The notes: generated by a model from the sequence alone, not told the origin. Positions 29,123-39,504 are shown, counted from the stretch's first letter. The stretch is 64,000 nucleotides of DNA from Dehalococcoidia bacterium (GCA_026003895.1 BPIC01000003.1:49022-113021), one strand, 5' to 3'. Program-made: numbers and translations.

Positions 29123-30748
29123 TTACGAGAGCCAGGCGTCGGGCAGGCCGTACGGCGTGGCGAGGCCGGAAGCGCGGTAGTTCTGAATGGTGCGGCTGCG
29201 CCCCTCGACGTAGCGGGCGGTGACAACTTGGATTTGGCCCAAGATCTGCAAATCGCGTTCCTGCACGGCGCGCCAGGCCGCTTGTGCCTCGGAGTCCGGC
29301 ACGCTGATCGCGCGCTCCAGCAGACGGTCCATCTCGGCATCGGTCGACTTGTTAAAGTTGTTGCCCGATTTCGAGTAATAGCCGTTGTAGACATAGTCTG
29401 GCGCGAAGCCCGAGGAGCTTCCGGTCCCGGCGATCACCATGATCAGATCAAAGTCGCCTCCGAAGAGCTTGTCCGTGTAGGCGCCGCCCTCGTCGGCAAT
29501 GATCTTGACGTTCACGCCGATCGCCCGGAGGTTCGCTTGGACGATGGTTGCGATGTCGTTGGCCGCGGGTGAGTTGTTGATCACGTAGTTGAGCTCGCGC
29601 ACTGGTGGGCCTCCCGCCCGTTGCAGGGCGGCGCGCGCCTTCGCGAGGTCAGGCCGGTTGCCGAAAAACGTGCCGAGCTTTTCGTCGAAATACTGCGTGC
29701 CGGACGAGAGATAGGTTGCGGCCGGAACCGCTGCGCCGTTGTAGACATTGTCGATAATCGCCTGTCGATCAAGCGCCCACGCGATCGCCTCGCGCATCGC
29801 GACGGTCGCGGTCGGGTCACCGGCCTTGAGCGACGGATAGAGCGCCACACGAATCGTACTGTTCTGCGCCACGTCGACGATCGCGCCGCGTCCCGTCATC
29901 ACGTCCCGCTGGGTCATCGGCGCGTCTGGCACAAGTTGAGTCTGGCCATTGATCAGGTTGGTCACCCGCGCCGCATCTTCTTTGACGGTACGGATTATCA
30001 GCCGTTGGACATACGGCTTGCCTTGCTCGAAATAGTCGGGATTGCGTTCCAGCACGATCTGCACGCCGGTTTGCCACTCGACAAAGCGGAAGGGGCCGGT
30101 GCCGATGTTCCGGCGGGCGTAGGTGTCGTTCGGCGTGTACGGGATCTTCGAACTGATGATCGGCACGAGGGCGAACTTCGCCATCATCGCATTGAAGCGG
30201 CTCTTCATCCGAAAGACGACCGTTTGGGCATCCGGCGCCTCCACGCTGTCGAGAAAGACGAGCGCCGCCTTCCAGATCGACGGCACATCGGGTTTCAGGA
30301 TCGTCTCATAGGTGAACTTGACATCGGCCGCGTCGAAGGGCTGGCCATCGTGCCACTTGACACCGGGCTTCAACCGGAAGGTATAGGTCAACAGATCGGG
30401 GCTGACGGTCGGCAGCGCGGCCGCCAGATCCGGCACGACGCTGCCATCCTCGCGCCATTTCAACAATTGGTTGGTCGTCATCCGGTAAACGCGCAGGCTG
30501 TCCGTGCCGTTGAAGCGCAGCGGGTCGATCGAGATCGGGTCGGCGGTGGCATCGATGCGGATCTCGCCGCCGACGCGCGGGGCACTCGTTGGCTGGGCGC
30601 CAGCACCGGTCGCCGGTGCTGCGGGAGCCGCGGACGGTGAGGCGCAGGCAGCAAGGGCGCTTGCCCCGACCGCGCCAACGCTCGCCGCGCCGATCCCTCG
30701 CAAGAGCTGACGCCGGGTCCAAGGTCGATTCCAGCGCAGTGTGCTCAT
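29123..30748 (-). CDS. ABC transporter substrate-binding protein, family 5 (Tat lipoprotein)
   Basis: TRRQLL twin-arginine, LAAC lipobox, LKPGVKWHDG and GTGPFRFVEW motifs. Confidence 0.93.
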   Translation of the reverse strand: MSTLRWNRPWTRRQLLRGIGAASVGAVGASALAACASPSAAPAAPATGAGAQPTSAPRVGGEIRIDATADPISIDPLRFNGTDSLRVYRMTTNQLLKWREDGSVVPDLAAALPTVSPDLLTYTFRLKPGVKWHDGQPFDAADVKFTYETILKPDVPSIWKAALVFLDSVEAPDAQTVVFRMKSRFNAMMAKFALVPIISSKIPYTPNDTYARRNIGTGPFRFVEWQTGVQIVLERNPDYFEQGKPYVQRLIIRTVKEDAARVTNLINGQTQLVPDAPMTQRDVMTGRGAIVDVAQNSTIRVALYPSLKAGDPTATVAMREAIAWALDRQAIIDNVYNGAAVPAATYLSSGTQYFDEKLGTFFGNRPDLAKARAALQRAGGPPVRELNYVINNSPAANDIATIVQANLRAIGVNVKIIADEGGAYTDKLFGGDFDLIMVIAGTGSSSGFAPDYVYNGYYSKSGNNFNKSTDAEMDRLLERAISVPDSEAQAAWRAVQERDLQILGQIQVVTARYVEGRSRTIQNYRASGLATPYGLPDAWLS

Positions 30749-30777
30749 GCGAATGCTCTCCCATGCACGGTAATGCG

Positions 30778-30793
30778 CGCACTATAGAGTGCG
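30778..30793 (-). promoter_or_regulatory. Inverted repeat overlapping a -10-like TATAGT upstream of the SBP gene
   Basis: CGCACT-ATAG-AGTGCG perfect 6-bp arms about 30 nt upstream of ATG 30748. Confidence 0.4.
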
Positions 30794-31225
30794 ATCGTCC
30801 ATCGAGCAACCATTCATTGTCGAAGGGAACGTCCGGGCCGGACCAGCGATACCGCCGGAGCAAGGCCCCTGCAACCGCCGCGCCGCCTTGATCACCGATC
30901 GCGCGCTCTCGGCTAGGGGCACGGTTCAACGCTCGCGACCGCTAGGCGGGACGGCAGCGACGCACGAAATGCCCTTCCTGGCCGTCGTTGCGAGCCGGGC
31001 GCAAGACCGACCACGCACCACCGCCGACCGGATACCGCCCTCGATGCCTTTCCTTTGGAGACAAGCGGCGCCGAGATCGGGAGTTCCGCCGGCCGCGGAC
31101 AGTGGCCTTGCGCTGCCCCTGACGGCCGCCCCGCTGGCGTGTGAGCACCCGCGGAAAGGCGGAAAGGCACGCAACGCCGAGACGAGGGTCAGCGGCGTTT
31201 CCGGCGCGTGCGTCGTTCGGAGCGG

Positions 31226-32231
31226 TTAGCGGAACTTCGGAATCACCTTGTCTACCAGCACGCGCAGCCCGGCGAGGTCATAGGGCGCGAAGACTGAGAA
31301 CATGAAATGGGTGATGCCGGCGTCGACATATTCCTGCAATCGCTCGACGGCTGCCTCGGGCGGTCCGGTCAGAACGCGGGGCGCGAGGTTGTCGAACGGC
31401 TGGCGAAAAATCGTCGTCAGCTTGTCTTTGGCGGCCTGTTCCCCGGCCGGGCTGGCTGCGATCGTCTGCAAGACGATCGCCGTGCGCTCCAGCGTGGCGG
31501 GGGTCACGCCCGATCTCGCGACAGCGATCGTCCAAGATGGGAGTCATGCGGCGGATGTCCTCGACCGCGGCAGCGGTGTTCCACTGGTCGGCGTGCTTGG
31601 CGACGACCTTGAACGCAAGCTGCTCGCCGCGCGCTCCGACGAGGATCGGTGGGTAGGGCTGCTGGACAGGCGGTGGATTGGTGAGCGCCTCCTTCAACGT
31701 GTAGAAGCGCCCCTCGAAGCTGGCCGGCTGTTGGGTCCACATCGTTCGAATGACGGCGAGCGCTTCGTCTTCCATCCGAACGCGATCCGCCTTCGACGGC
31801 AACGTCCCGCCATACATTTCGTGCTCGTATTGGTTGTAGCCAGCGCCCATGCCGAGGACGAATCGCCCTCCCGAGATCTGATCGACCATCGCACCCATCT
31901 TGCCGACCAGCCCCGGGTTGCGATAGGCGACCGCCAGCACCAACGTGCCGAGGAGGATCCGATCGGTGATGCTGGCAAGCGCTGAAATCGTCGTGAAGCA
32001 TTCGAGGCAAGGGCCATTCGCATCCACTGGGCCGGGAACGAAATGGTCGAACACCCAGAACGAGTCAAATCCCATCGCTTCGGCTTCGGTGCAGAGCGTC
32101 CGATACTCTTGCCACGTCGTATGCATCGGCGTGGCGTTCAGCCCGAAGCGAATGCGGTCGCCGGTCTTGCGAGTGGGTGGGGACAGCGTGGCATTCGACA
32201 CGGCAGGCTCCTTCGGCGAGAGTGCAGCCAT
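31226..32231 (-). CDS. LLM-class (probably F420-dependent) oxidoreductase (+1 frameshift at 31499-31503 as sequenced)
   Basis: FWVFDHF, YRNPGLVGKM..VDQISGGR and HADQWN motifs. The C-terminus (IGRD-PATLERT...VIPKFR) continues in ORF 31226-31507. Confidence 0.88.
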
Positions 32232-32247
32232 GATAGACCAGCGCCGT

Positions 32248-32736
32248 TCAGCGGCGTCGGTTCCGCTCTTCCGCGGCCACTTGACGCAAGACAAGGTAGA
32301 GCGACCAGATCACGACCGCAATCCCGACGCCAAACGCCGCGATCTCCCATCCTGCTTCCCACGTGACGGCTTTCCCCAGAAAGGTGATTCCCAGCAGAAC
32401 GATGACGACACTGATGATTTGCCCTTTCAATTGTTCGAGGTCGGCGACCTTCATCCACTCAGGAAGCGGGACACCAGGCGCGACGAACAGCTCGCAGAGC
32501 CCCGCCGCGATCAGAAAGAGGATGATACCGAGCAGATAGAGATCGATCAGCTCCAGCATCGCCACCGCCAGCTTTTTGCCGCCGGAAGCACCGCCATACT
32601 CGACAAAGATGACCATCAAGACATTCGAGATACATGACACGCCGGCAAACAGCATCGTTGTGACCGATGCGACGAACGTCCCAATGACGGCGAAGATGAC
32701 CAAAAAACGGCTTGCCGCGAGCATTTGCCGGACCAT
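32248..32736 (-). CDS. YqhA/UPF0114 family membrane protein
   Basis: LELIDLYLLG..L...GL.ELF; L.QLK..IISV.IV pattern. ATG 32736 with GAGGG SD. Confidence 0.82.
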   Translation of the reverse strand: MVRQMLAASRFLVIFAVIGTFVASVTTMLFAGVSCISNVLMVIFVEYGGASGGKKLAVAMLELIDLYLLGIILFLIAAGLCELFVAPGVPLPEWMKVADLEQLKGQIISVVIVLLGITFLGKAVTWEAGWEIAAFGVGIAVVIWSLYLVLRQVAAEERNRRR

Positions 32737-32889
32737 AATCGCCCTCACGCCAAACGAGGCCCTGGGCTGCGTACCACGAACAGCGGCAGGCGTGAACTCC
32801 GCCGACCACGACACGTGACCCTGTTCGAATTCCTGTCCTATACTGTTCGCGAACACGACGTTTCATCGTGATTCGCGGGTTTCTGCAGC

Positions 32890-35136
32890 GTGATGCCTCT
32901 CCACGACTCTGCCTATCGGAGCCTGTTCGCGGCGAACCCGCTTGCGACGTGGGTCGTCGCCGGCGACACGTTGCAAATCGTCGAGGCGAACCCTGCCGCA
33001 GCGGGCCTTGCCGGCCTCCCGCTCGAAGACCTCATAGGTCGGTCAGCCCTCGACTTCCTGGTTCCGGCCGACGACGTTGCCTTCCTCGCCCCGCCTGGCA
33101 GCGCCGAGACCCTTTCGGCGAGCATGAGGCGCTTCCGGTCGCCGTCGGGCGAGGATCGTATCGTTGCGGTGCATGCTCAGCCGTTCGACGACGCTGGCAC
33201 GAAGCGTTTCATCATCGTGTTGCACGACATCACCGCTCAAGTCACACGAGCCGTCGATCGGTCGCGAGCCATCGAGCGGCATCGGCTGATTGCCCAAGTC
33301 GTAGGAGACGCCAGTTGGGATTGGGACATCCAGCATGGCACGGTGTGGTGGGATGACACCGTCGACCGGGTGTTCGGCTATCAGCGCACGGAGATCGAAG
33401 AGAGCATCACGTGGTGGACCGAGCGTATTCACCCAGACGACCGCGAGCGCATCCTGAGCTCGCTTGACGACGCGTTTGCCGGCGACGCGGAGGTCTGGGA
33501 AGGTGTCTACCGATTTCGCCGAGGGGATGGTCAATATGCCGACGTCCGCGACCGGGGCGCGATAGTCCGAGATGCCGCCGGCCGTGCGATACGCATGGTC
33601 GGCGCAATGGTGGATATCAGCGAATTCCGCCAAATCGCTCGCGCCCTTGAACAGAGCGAAGCGCGCTTTCGCGCACTCTTCGATCAGGCGCCGATCGGGG
33701 TCGCAGAACTCGCCTTTGACGGGACCATTCTCCGCTCGAATGCCGCCTTCACCCAATTGATTGGTGCGTCACTCATGGAGGGCGAAACGATCAATGTGCT
33801 TTCGGTCATCGCTCCCGAAGATCAGCACCGCTTACTTCGCTCCGTGAAACGCCTCTACGAGACTGGCAAGGGGGTCGTGCGTGAGGAAGTCCGCTGTCAG
33901 CGCCGAAATGGGTCACCATTCTGGGCCGAGGCAACCGTCTCGCTCTTCCTTGGCGAGGACGCCGACACGCACGTCGGCATATTGTTGCTTCAGGACATTA
34001 CATCGCGAAAAGCGGCCGAACAGCGGGCCCAAGACATGGCGCAGGCTGAGAAGCTGCGCGCCCTTGGCCAGATGGCGAGCGGGGTCGCTCACAACCTGAA
34101 CCAAAGTCTTGGTCTGATCAGCGGCCATAGTCAATTGGCCCTCGCTGAACTCGACCGGCTGACGCCCAACCTAGAACTGCTGCGAGAATCGGTGCAACTC
34201 ATCCGACAGGCAGTCGACGACGGTGCAGCGACGGTCAAACGGTTGCAAACGTTTGCCCGGCCGGGATCGGAAGGAAGTCCCCAAATTGTCGACCTCGCCA
34301 CGTTGTTGGAGGATGTCGCCCGCCTCACCGCACCACAGTGGCGAGACATTCCTCAGCAGGAAGGGCGCCCGATCCGACTCACCGTGGGCGCCGAGCCGGG
34401 GTTAGTCGTGCAGGGATGGCCCGAGGCGCTCCACGAAGCGCTCTTCAATCTCGTCTTCAACGCCGTCGACGCCCTCCCAGCGGGAGGCGAGATCGTACTG
34501 AGCGCTCACCGGGAAGGAGACGACGCGATCATCGAGGTGATCGATACCGGCGTTGGCATGCCTGAAGAGATGGTGTCGATGATCTTCGAGCCATTCTTTA
34601 CTACAAAGGGAGAGCGCGGTACCGGCATCGGGCTGCCGACCGTTTTCCGGATCGTCGACCGTCATCGCGGCACGATCGCCGTGCGCTCGAAACCGGGCGC
34701 GGGCACGACGTTCACGATCCGCCTCCCCGCGCCTCCGATCGGAACCCCGGCCCGCACCGGTCCGCGCACGGCGACACGCGGTCCAATCCGCAGGGTGCTC
34801 GTCGTCGACGACGATCTCCGTATCGCCGAGATGGCGCGCCGGATGCTCGAACTCGATCAGCATCAGGTGGAGGTGGCAGGCAGCGCCGAGGAGGCGCTCA
34901 CGCGCCTCGCAGCCGCCCCATTCGACGTGATCATCTCGGATCTCGGGCTCGGGACAGGGATGAACGGCTGGGACCTCGCCGAGACCGTGCGCCAGCGCTG
35001 GCCCCAGACGCATTTTGTGCTGGCCACCGGCTGGGGCGCCGAGCTTGATGCCGCCGAGGCGCGCGCCCGCGGCGTCAACGCCATCATCGCCAAGCCCTAC
35101 ACCGTCGCCGACCTGCGCCGCCAGCTTGCGGATTGA
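32890..35136 (+). CDS. Hybrid sensor histidine kinase (3 PAS + HisKA/HATPase + receiver)
   Basis: GVAHNLN H-box, NLVFNAVDA, DTGVGM, FFTTK and GTGIGL boxes; receiver VLVVDDD...SDLGL...KPY. Confidence 0.95.
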   Translation: MMPLHDSAYRSLFAANPLATWVVAGDTLQIVEANPAAAGLAGLPLEDLIGRSALDFLVPADDVAFLAPPGSAETLSASMRRFRSPSGEDRIVAVHAQPFDDAGTKRFIIVLHDITAQVTRAVDRSRAIERHRLIAQVVGDASWDWDIQHGTVWWDDTVDRVFGYQRTEIEESITWWTERIHPDDRERILSSLDDAFAGDAEVWEGVYRFRRGDGQYADVRDRGAIVRDAAGRAIRMVGAMVDISEFRQIARALEQSEARFRALFDQAPIGVAELAFDGTILRSNAAFTQLIGASLMEGETINVLSVIAPEDQHRLLRSVKRLYETGKGVVREEVRCQRRNGSPFWAEATVSLFLGEDADTHVGILLLQDITSRKAAEQRAQDMAQAEKLRALGQMASGVAHNLNQSLGLISGHSQLALAELDRLTPNLELLRESVQLIRQAVDDGAATVKRLQTFARPGSEGSPQIVDLATLLEDVARLTAPQWRDIPQQEGRPIRLTVGAEPGLVVQGWPEALHEALFNLVFNAVDALPAGGEIVLSAHREGDDAIIEVIDTGVGMPEEMVSMIFEPFFTTKGERGTGIGLPTVFRIVDRHRGTIAVRSKPGAGTTFTIRLPAPPIGTPARTGPRTATRGPIRRVLVVDDDLRIAEMARRMLELDQHQVEVAGSAEEALTRLAAAPFDVIISDLGLGTGMNGWDLAETVRQRWPQTHFVLATGWGAELDAAEARARGVNAIIAKPYTVADLRRQLAD

Positions 35137-35336
35137 TCTGGTCGTCGCACCGCCGGCTCGCCCGCCGTCATCGCGAACTCTCCCCCAATGCAGGCGGCGC
35201 TCCAGCCCCGATCGCCTCCCGGCGCGGCCTTCGGGCAAGCTAGGCGCCGGTTCGAGCCAAGTCGAGCCGGCGTCGGCGAAAGAGCCAATCGTGCGGCACG
35301 CCACGCCGCACGTGCTCGGGGAGCCGGGGCCGGCGA

Positions 35337-35579
35337 TCAGCGATGGCTGGGCGATGTATGTGCGAACCAGCCGAGATCGCGGAGGAGCCGGGCGACGAGG
35401 AGCGAGGCGGACCGCCGAGACCGGCGGACTGCCGCGGTCGTCCAGCCTGCGACAGAGGAAACAGTCCTTGGGCGGTCGCCGGTGGCCTCCTTCGCCAGCC
35501 GCCAGCGCCCCGCTTCCTCGAGCGCAGCGGCACGCCGCTCGGACGCGAACTGGGCGATCTCAAACGAATTGGACAGCAT
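35337..35579 (-). CDS. Small hypothetical protein (80 aa)
   Basis: AAAGGAGAG SD before ATG 35579. MLSNSFEIAQFASERRAAALEEAGRWRLAKEA helical motif. Confidence 0.6.
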   Translation of the reverse strand: MLSNSFEIAQFASERRAAALEEAGRWRLAKEATGDRPRTVSSVAGWTTAAVRRSRRSASLLVARLLRDLGWFAHTSPSHR

Positions 35580-36198
35580 GACTCTCCTTTGCACGGCCTG
35601 CCCGGGTCTCGCTCCGCCCGCTCCCGCGGAAAAGGAGTGGTCCATCGTCGCGCCGCCCGCGACGACCGGGACGAGGCGGTGGTGGCGCCTCCAACCAGCA
35701 GGACCGGAACCAACCACCAAGGAGAGCGTATCGCCCTGGCTTCGCCTCCACATCGCGAAGTCACGTGATTCTGACACGCTATTGTGCGCCGGAGCGTGGG
35801 ATAGCGCATTCATGCGATGCGGACGACTGCCGTCCCTCGGACGACCTCGTTCGGACCCAGCGAGGAGTTTCGCCGTCGAACCAGTATCACGAACGACCGT
35901 CGCCGTCATCTGGGAAGCGGGTGTCTCGCGAGCCGATCCGGTGCCAATTGAGTGCCAGAACGGGACGCGAGCCCAGCCGGCTTCGGGATCAGGGAGGACC
36001 GCCAGTGATGGCGATTGGCGTGGCGATGGTACCGGACGATGGGCAAGGAACCGTAGGTAGAGCAGGAGCGTCCGATCCGGCCACCCTTCGATCCAAGCGG
36101 TGGAATCGAGCTCGATCGCTTCGTGCCCGCGGTCGCAGAGCAGCCGAGGCGCGCGCTCGACCTTTGGACCGCGGCAGCGATCCATCCGCCCGAGCAGG

Positions 36199-38637
36199 CT
36201 AGCGCTTGCCGGCGAGTGCGGCGAGCACACCCCGATAATAGTCCAGCCGAGCGGCCCCAAGATGAGCGACGAGGAACGGCTCGCGATCGGGCCGGAGGAA
36301 CTGCCGCGCCGCGATGGCATGACCAGGAGACTCCGGCGGCGCAACGGCAGGACCAAGGATCGGCGCGGCGTCCGCCGCCGCGACCGGCAGGACGATCGCG
36401 CCCGCAACGCGCGGGATCAGCCCGCGGATCGGCTGGGGAATGCGCGAGAGCGAGCGAAAGGCCATCACCACTTGGACGCCGCCGTCGCCGGGAGCCGACA
36501 GCAGCGCTGACAGCAGTTTGGTGATCTCTCCGCTCGCCGCGGGACCACCACGAATGAACAACTCGTCCAGCCCGTCGAAGGCGACCACCACCCGGGGAAG
36601 CGATACGCCGGAGCGCCGCCGGAACGCCGCCAGCGATCCGAGCTCACCGGTTCGCCGCAGTCCCGCTCGGCGATCGAGCTCGGCGCGAACGGGCTGGAAC
36701 AGCTTCAACGGCAGTTCTTGGGACGTTGCCAAGAGCTCCACGCTCAGGTGAGGACCCGCGCCAGCGAGCCCCGCCAGATCGCCGCCGTCGCAGTCGTACA
36801 GCAGGATCTCCAATTCCTTCGGGCTGTAGCTGAGCGCCAAGCTGAGCACCAGCGTGCGCAGGAGCGACGTCTTACCGCTTGCCGGACCCCCGACAACCGC
36901 GAGATGCTGCGCCGCCTCGCCGCCGAAGACCGCCTTCACCAGCTCGCCGTCTTCACGGGCGCCGATCGGCGCGGCGATCGGGCCGCCCGCATCGCCCGTC
37001 CACCACTCCTCCGATGAGGGAACGATCTGGTCAAAGAGCAGCGTATAGCGGCTGACAGCCCCACCAACCCGCTGCACGATCCGCGTCGCTTGCGCCGGGG
37101 TCGGCGGCGCATCCGGCCGTAGCTCGCAGTCGGCAAAGCCGTCCTCTTCGAGCACAAAGCCCTGCTTGCCGATACCGACGACCGTCGCCGACGCCTCAAG
37201 GTCGGCGAGCCGCACGCCAATTGGCGCCGGCCGCGTCAGATCGACCAGCACGATCGGGCAGACACCCACTGCCGGCCCTTCCTGCACTAGCCGCCAGAGT
37301 CGAACGGCCGCCGTCTCGCCGAACGCCTCGGGAAAATCGAAGACGACGAGCGCATGACAGCCCACTGCACCGTCGCCACCCCGCTGGCGAGCCATCACCT
37401 CATCGAGCAGCGTCCCCAGCTCGTCCTCGATCTCGGCAGCGCCAATCCAAACCCGGCCGCGCACGAATCGCTCGTCGTAGTCCGCTAATTGGAGCGCCTG
37501 CGCAAGCGCTGCGCCTCGCCCCAGCGGATCAATGAAGGTAAAGCTGATCCGATCCGGCGGCAGGCTCGTGAGGAGACGGAAGATGAGCGAGACGACAAGG
37601 CCGACAGCGTCGTTCCGCCGGGCGGGGCTCGCCTTGACGAGAAGCGCTTGCGCCAGCGGCAACGGCAGAAAGGCGGGGGCATCGAGGCGGTGGGCGCCGA
37701 CACCAGCGAGCAGCGTGCCGAGCCGTAGCACCGGCGCGAGTTCGTTCGGCGGCTTCCACTCCGCCCATGCGTCATCGTTCCAGTCGAGCAACCACGGCCG
37801 CAGCTCCCGCCGGAGGGCTGTCAGCCCCGGGTCGACTTCCGCCCGTGCCTGCTCGAAGACTGGCTTCAGGATGTCCATCGCTTGCTGGTAGGCGGCATCA
37901 GCCTCGCGGACGGACCGGGCGTAAGCGGCGTCGACCTCTTCCCTCCAGCGTCGGTAGGCCCGCCGCGCTCCCGCCAGCGAGCGCGACAGCTGTTCCACCG
38001 CGCCGGCCGGGGACGAGAATCGCGGCACGCCCGGATCCACAAATGCCGGCAACGCCACCACGCCGACCCCGCCCATGCCGCCGACAACAAGCCCGATCAG
38101 CATCGCCACGCCGGATCCGCCAAGCAGCAACGAGGTCGCTGCCACCGAGATCCCGAGCATCGCGACGATCCCGCTGACCAGCCGGACCGCGACGCCCGCC
38201 CCGCCGGCATCGTCCACGCCGAGCGCCGCCTGAATGTAGCGAAGCGCCCGCTCGGCATCAGCGGCATGCGCAGCGATTTCCTTGGCGTGGTCGCCGGCGG
38301 CGGATGTGGGAGCCGGGTCGCCAAGCCCAGAGAATCCGCCGAGGAGTAGCTCGAGCCGGGTTGTCCGGTCGGCGCGGCTCAGCCGGCTCGTTTCGGTGAG
38401 CGTCACCCGGGCGCGTTCGTAGATCTCTTCGACCCGGCGGAACGCGCGATCCGCCGCGGCGTGGCCAGTGCGCCGCGCCGCCTCTGCCTGCTGGAGAGCC
38501 TGCTTGCGCCGCTCTCTCGCGAAGACCACTTCCTGGCGGACGCTTGCCGACGCGCCGCGAAACGCGCTGAGCAGCGCTTGCAGCTCGTCGCGCGCCCCGG
38601 AAGCCGATTTGTCGAGCGCCTGCACCATCGAATTCAC
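36199..38637 (-). CDS. FtsK/SpoIIIE-domain ATPase, EssC/EccC-like
   Basis: N-terminal coiled coil, two TM helices, a degenerate first FtsK domain (FIDPLGRG) and a second with Walker A GGPASGKT plus LSLALSYSPKEL..LLYD and PRVVVAFD. Confidence 0.8.
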   Translation of the reverse strand: MNSMVQALDKSASGARDELQALLSAFRGASASVRQEVVFARERRKQALQQAEAARRTGHAAADRAFRRVEEIYERARVTLTETSRLSRADRTTRLELLLGGFSGLGDPAPTSAAGDHAKEIAAHAADAERALRYIQAALGVDDAGGAGVAVRLVSGIVAMLGISVAATSLLLGGSGVAMLIGLVVGGMGGVGVVALPAFVDPGVPRFSSPAGAVEQLSRSLAGARRAYRRWREEVDAAYARSVREADAAYQQAMDILKPVFEQARAEVDPGLTALRRELRPWLLDWNDDAWAEWKPPNELAPVLRLGTLLAGVGAHRLDAPAFLPLPLAQALLVKASPARRNDAVGLVVSLIFRLLTSLPPDRISFTFIDPLGRGAALAQALQLADYDERFVRGRVWIGAAEIEDELGTLLDEVMARQRGGDGAVGCHALVVFDFPEAFGETAAVRLWRLVQEGPAVGVCPIVLVDLTRPAPIGVRLADLEASATVVGIGKQGFVLEEDGFADCELRPDAPPTPAQATRIVQRVGGAVSRYTLLFDQIVPSSEEWWTGDAGGPIAAPIGAREDGELVKAVFGGEAAQHLAVVGGPASGKTSLLRTLVLSLALSYSPKELEILLYDCDGGDLAGLAGAGPHLSVELLATSQELPLKLFQPVRAELDRRAGLRRTGELGSLAAFRRRSGVSLPRVVVAFDGLDELFIRGGPAASGEITKLLSALLSAPGDGGVQVVMAFRSLSRIPQPIRGLIPRVAGAIVLPVAAADAAPILGPAVAPPESPGHAIAARQFLRPDREPFLVAHLGAARLDYYRGVLAALAGKR

Positions 38638-38723
38638 GACGCGGCGTCACCACCGCGCCCTCCAGTGAACTCTTCGGATCAACCGCCGCTCGACTCAGCC
38701 TCCGGACGGATGGCTCATTGGTC

Positions 38724-39419
38724 CTAGCGCGCCGCCGCCGTCTTCAGCCGGTTGTTGCGCGCCATCCCAGGAACGCGCTCGACCTCAGTGATGTAGAGAC
38801 TCGTCTCAGCCGGCGCGTCATACCACGTCGGATCACCGGGCGGGACGAGCCGATCCAGCGCCGCTTGGGCAGCGGCGACGTCCGGAAAATAGGTAACGAC
38901 CGCCAACTCATTGTTGCCGACGACTCGGCGGAGGTCCCACCAGATCCAACCCTCCACTGCTGGACCACCCCGTGCGGCATAGGCAGCGATGACGTCATCG
39001 ATGTGTTCCGCCTTGGGCATCAGCTTCTGAAAGACATAGCTGCGCCCTGCCCCCAGCTCGCGTCGCGGGCGCGGCTCACCAACCTTCGGCGCCCGGCCCG
39101 GTTCAGCGTTCATCACCACCTCGGAAGCGATGAAGATCGGGTGGCGGGTGAAGAAGTCACCCCGCCGGTTGTCTTGCCGCGCCGAGGTGTGGCTTCGTTC
39201 AAAGTCCTCGCTGTTGCGCCACGCGTCGAACGCCGCCTTGTTTGGCCAATGCGAGGTGCTGTGGAAGGTGTTGCCTTGGAGCGGACGAGCGATCTCAAAC
39301 AGGAGCGCGTTCCACCGCTCGGTGATCGGCCGTTCGTCGTCGTTTTCGGCGAAGGAAAGGACCATCGCGTCGAAATTCTGCTCGGCGGGGAAGAGCTGGT
39401 TCGTTCCGACGAAGAACAT
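38724..39419 (-). CDS. Antibiotic-biosynthesis-monooxygenase / IsdG-HmoB-like two-domain protein
   Basis: WPNKAAFDAWRNSEDFERSH motif. AAAGGAG SD before ATG 39419. Confidence 0.7.
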   Translation of the reverse strand: MFFVGTNQLFPAEQNFDAMVLSFAENDDERPITERWNALLFEIARPLQGNTFHSTSHWPNKAAFDAWRNSEDFERSHTSARQDNRRGDFFTRHPIFIASEVVMNAEPGRAPKVGEPRPRRELGAGRSYVFQKLMPKAEHIDDVIAAYAARGGPAVEGWIWWDLRRVVGNNELAVVTYFPDVAAAQAALDRLVPPGDPTWYDAPAETSLYITEVERVPGMARNNRLKTAAAR

Positions 39420-39504
39420 CTCACTCCTTTCAGCGCCGACGGCGCCCGACGATCCTGCCACGGCCTGCGAGAAATGTCAATCCTGACATCGGGAGCTGCC
39501 CAAG

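Noticed and set aside
30789-31229. ORFs in the SBP-LLM gap
   Set aside because: No SD, low-complexity translations, no motifs.
35337-35579. 80-aa protein as a WXG100 substrate of the FtsK-like ATPase
   Set aside because: No central WxG motif or helix-turn-helix symmetry.
35188-36407. Long overlapping ORFs 35188-36060 (+) and 35337-36407 (-)
   Set aside because: Not protein-like except the last 80 codons of the minus ORF, which are called separately.
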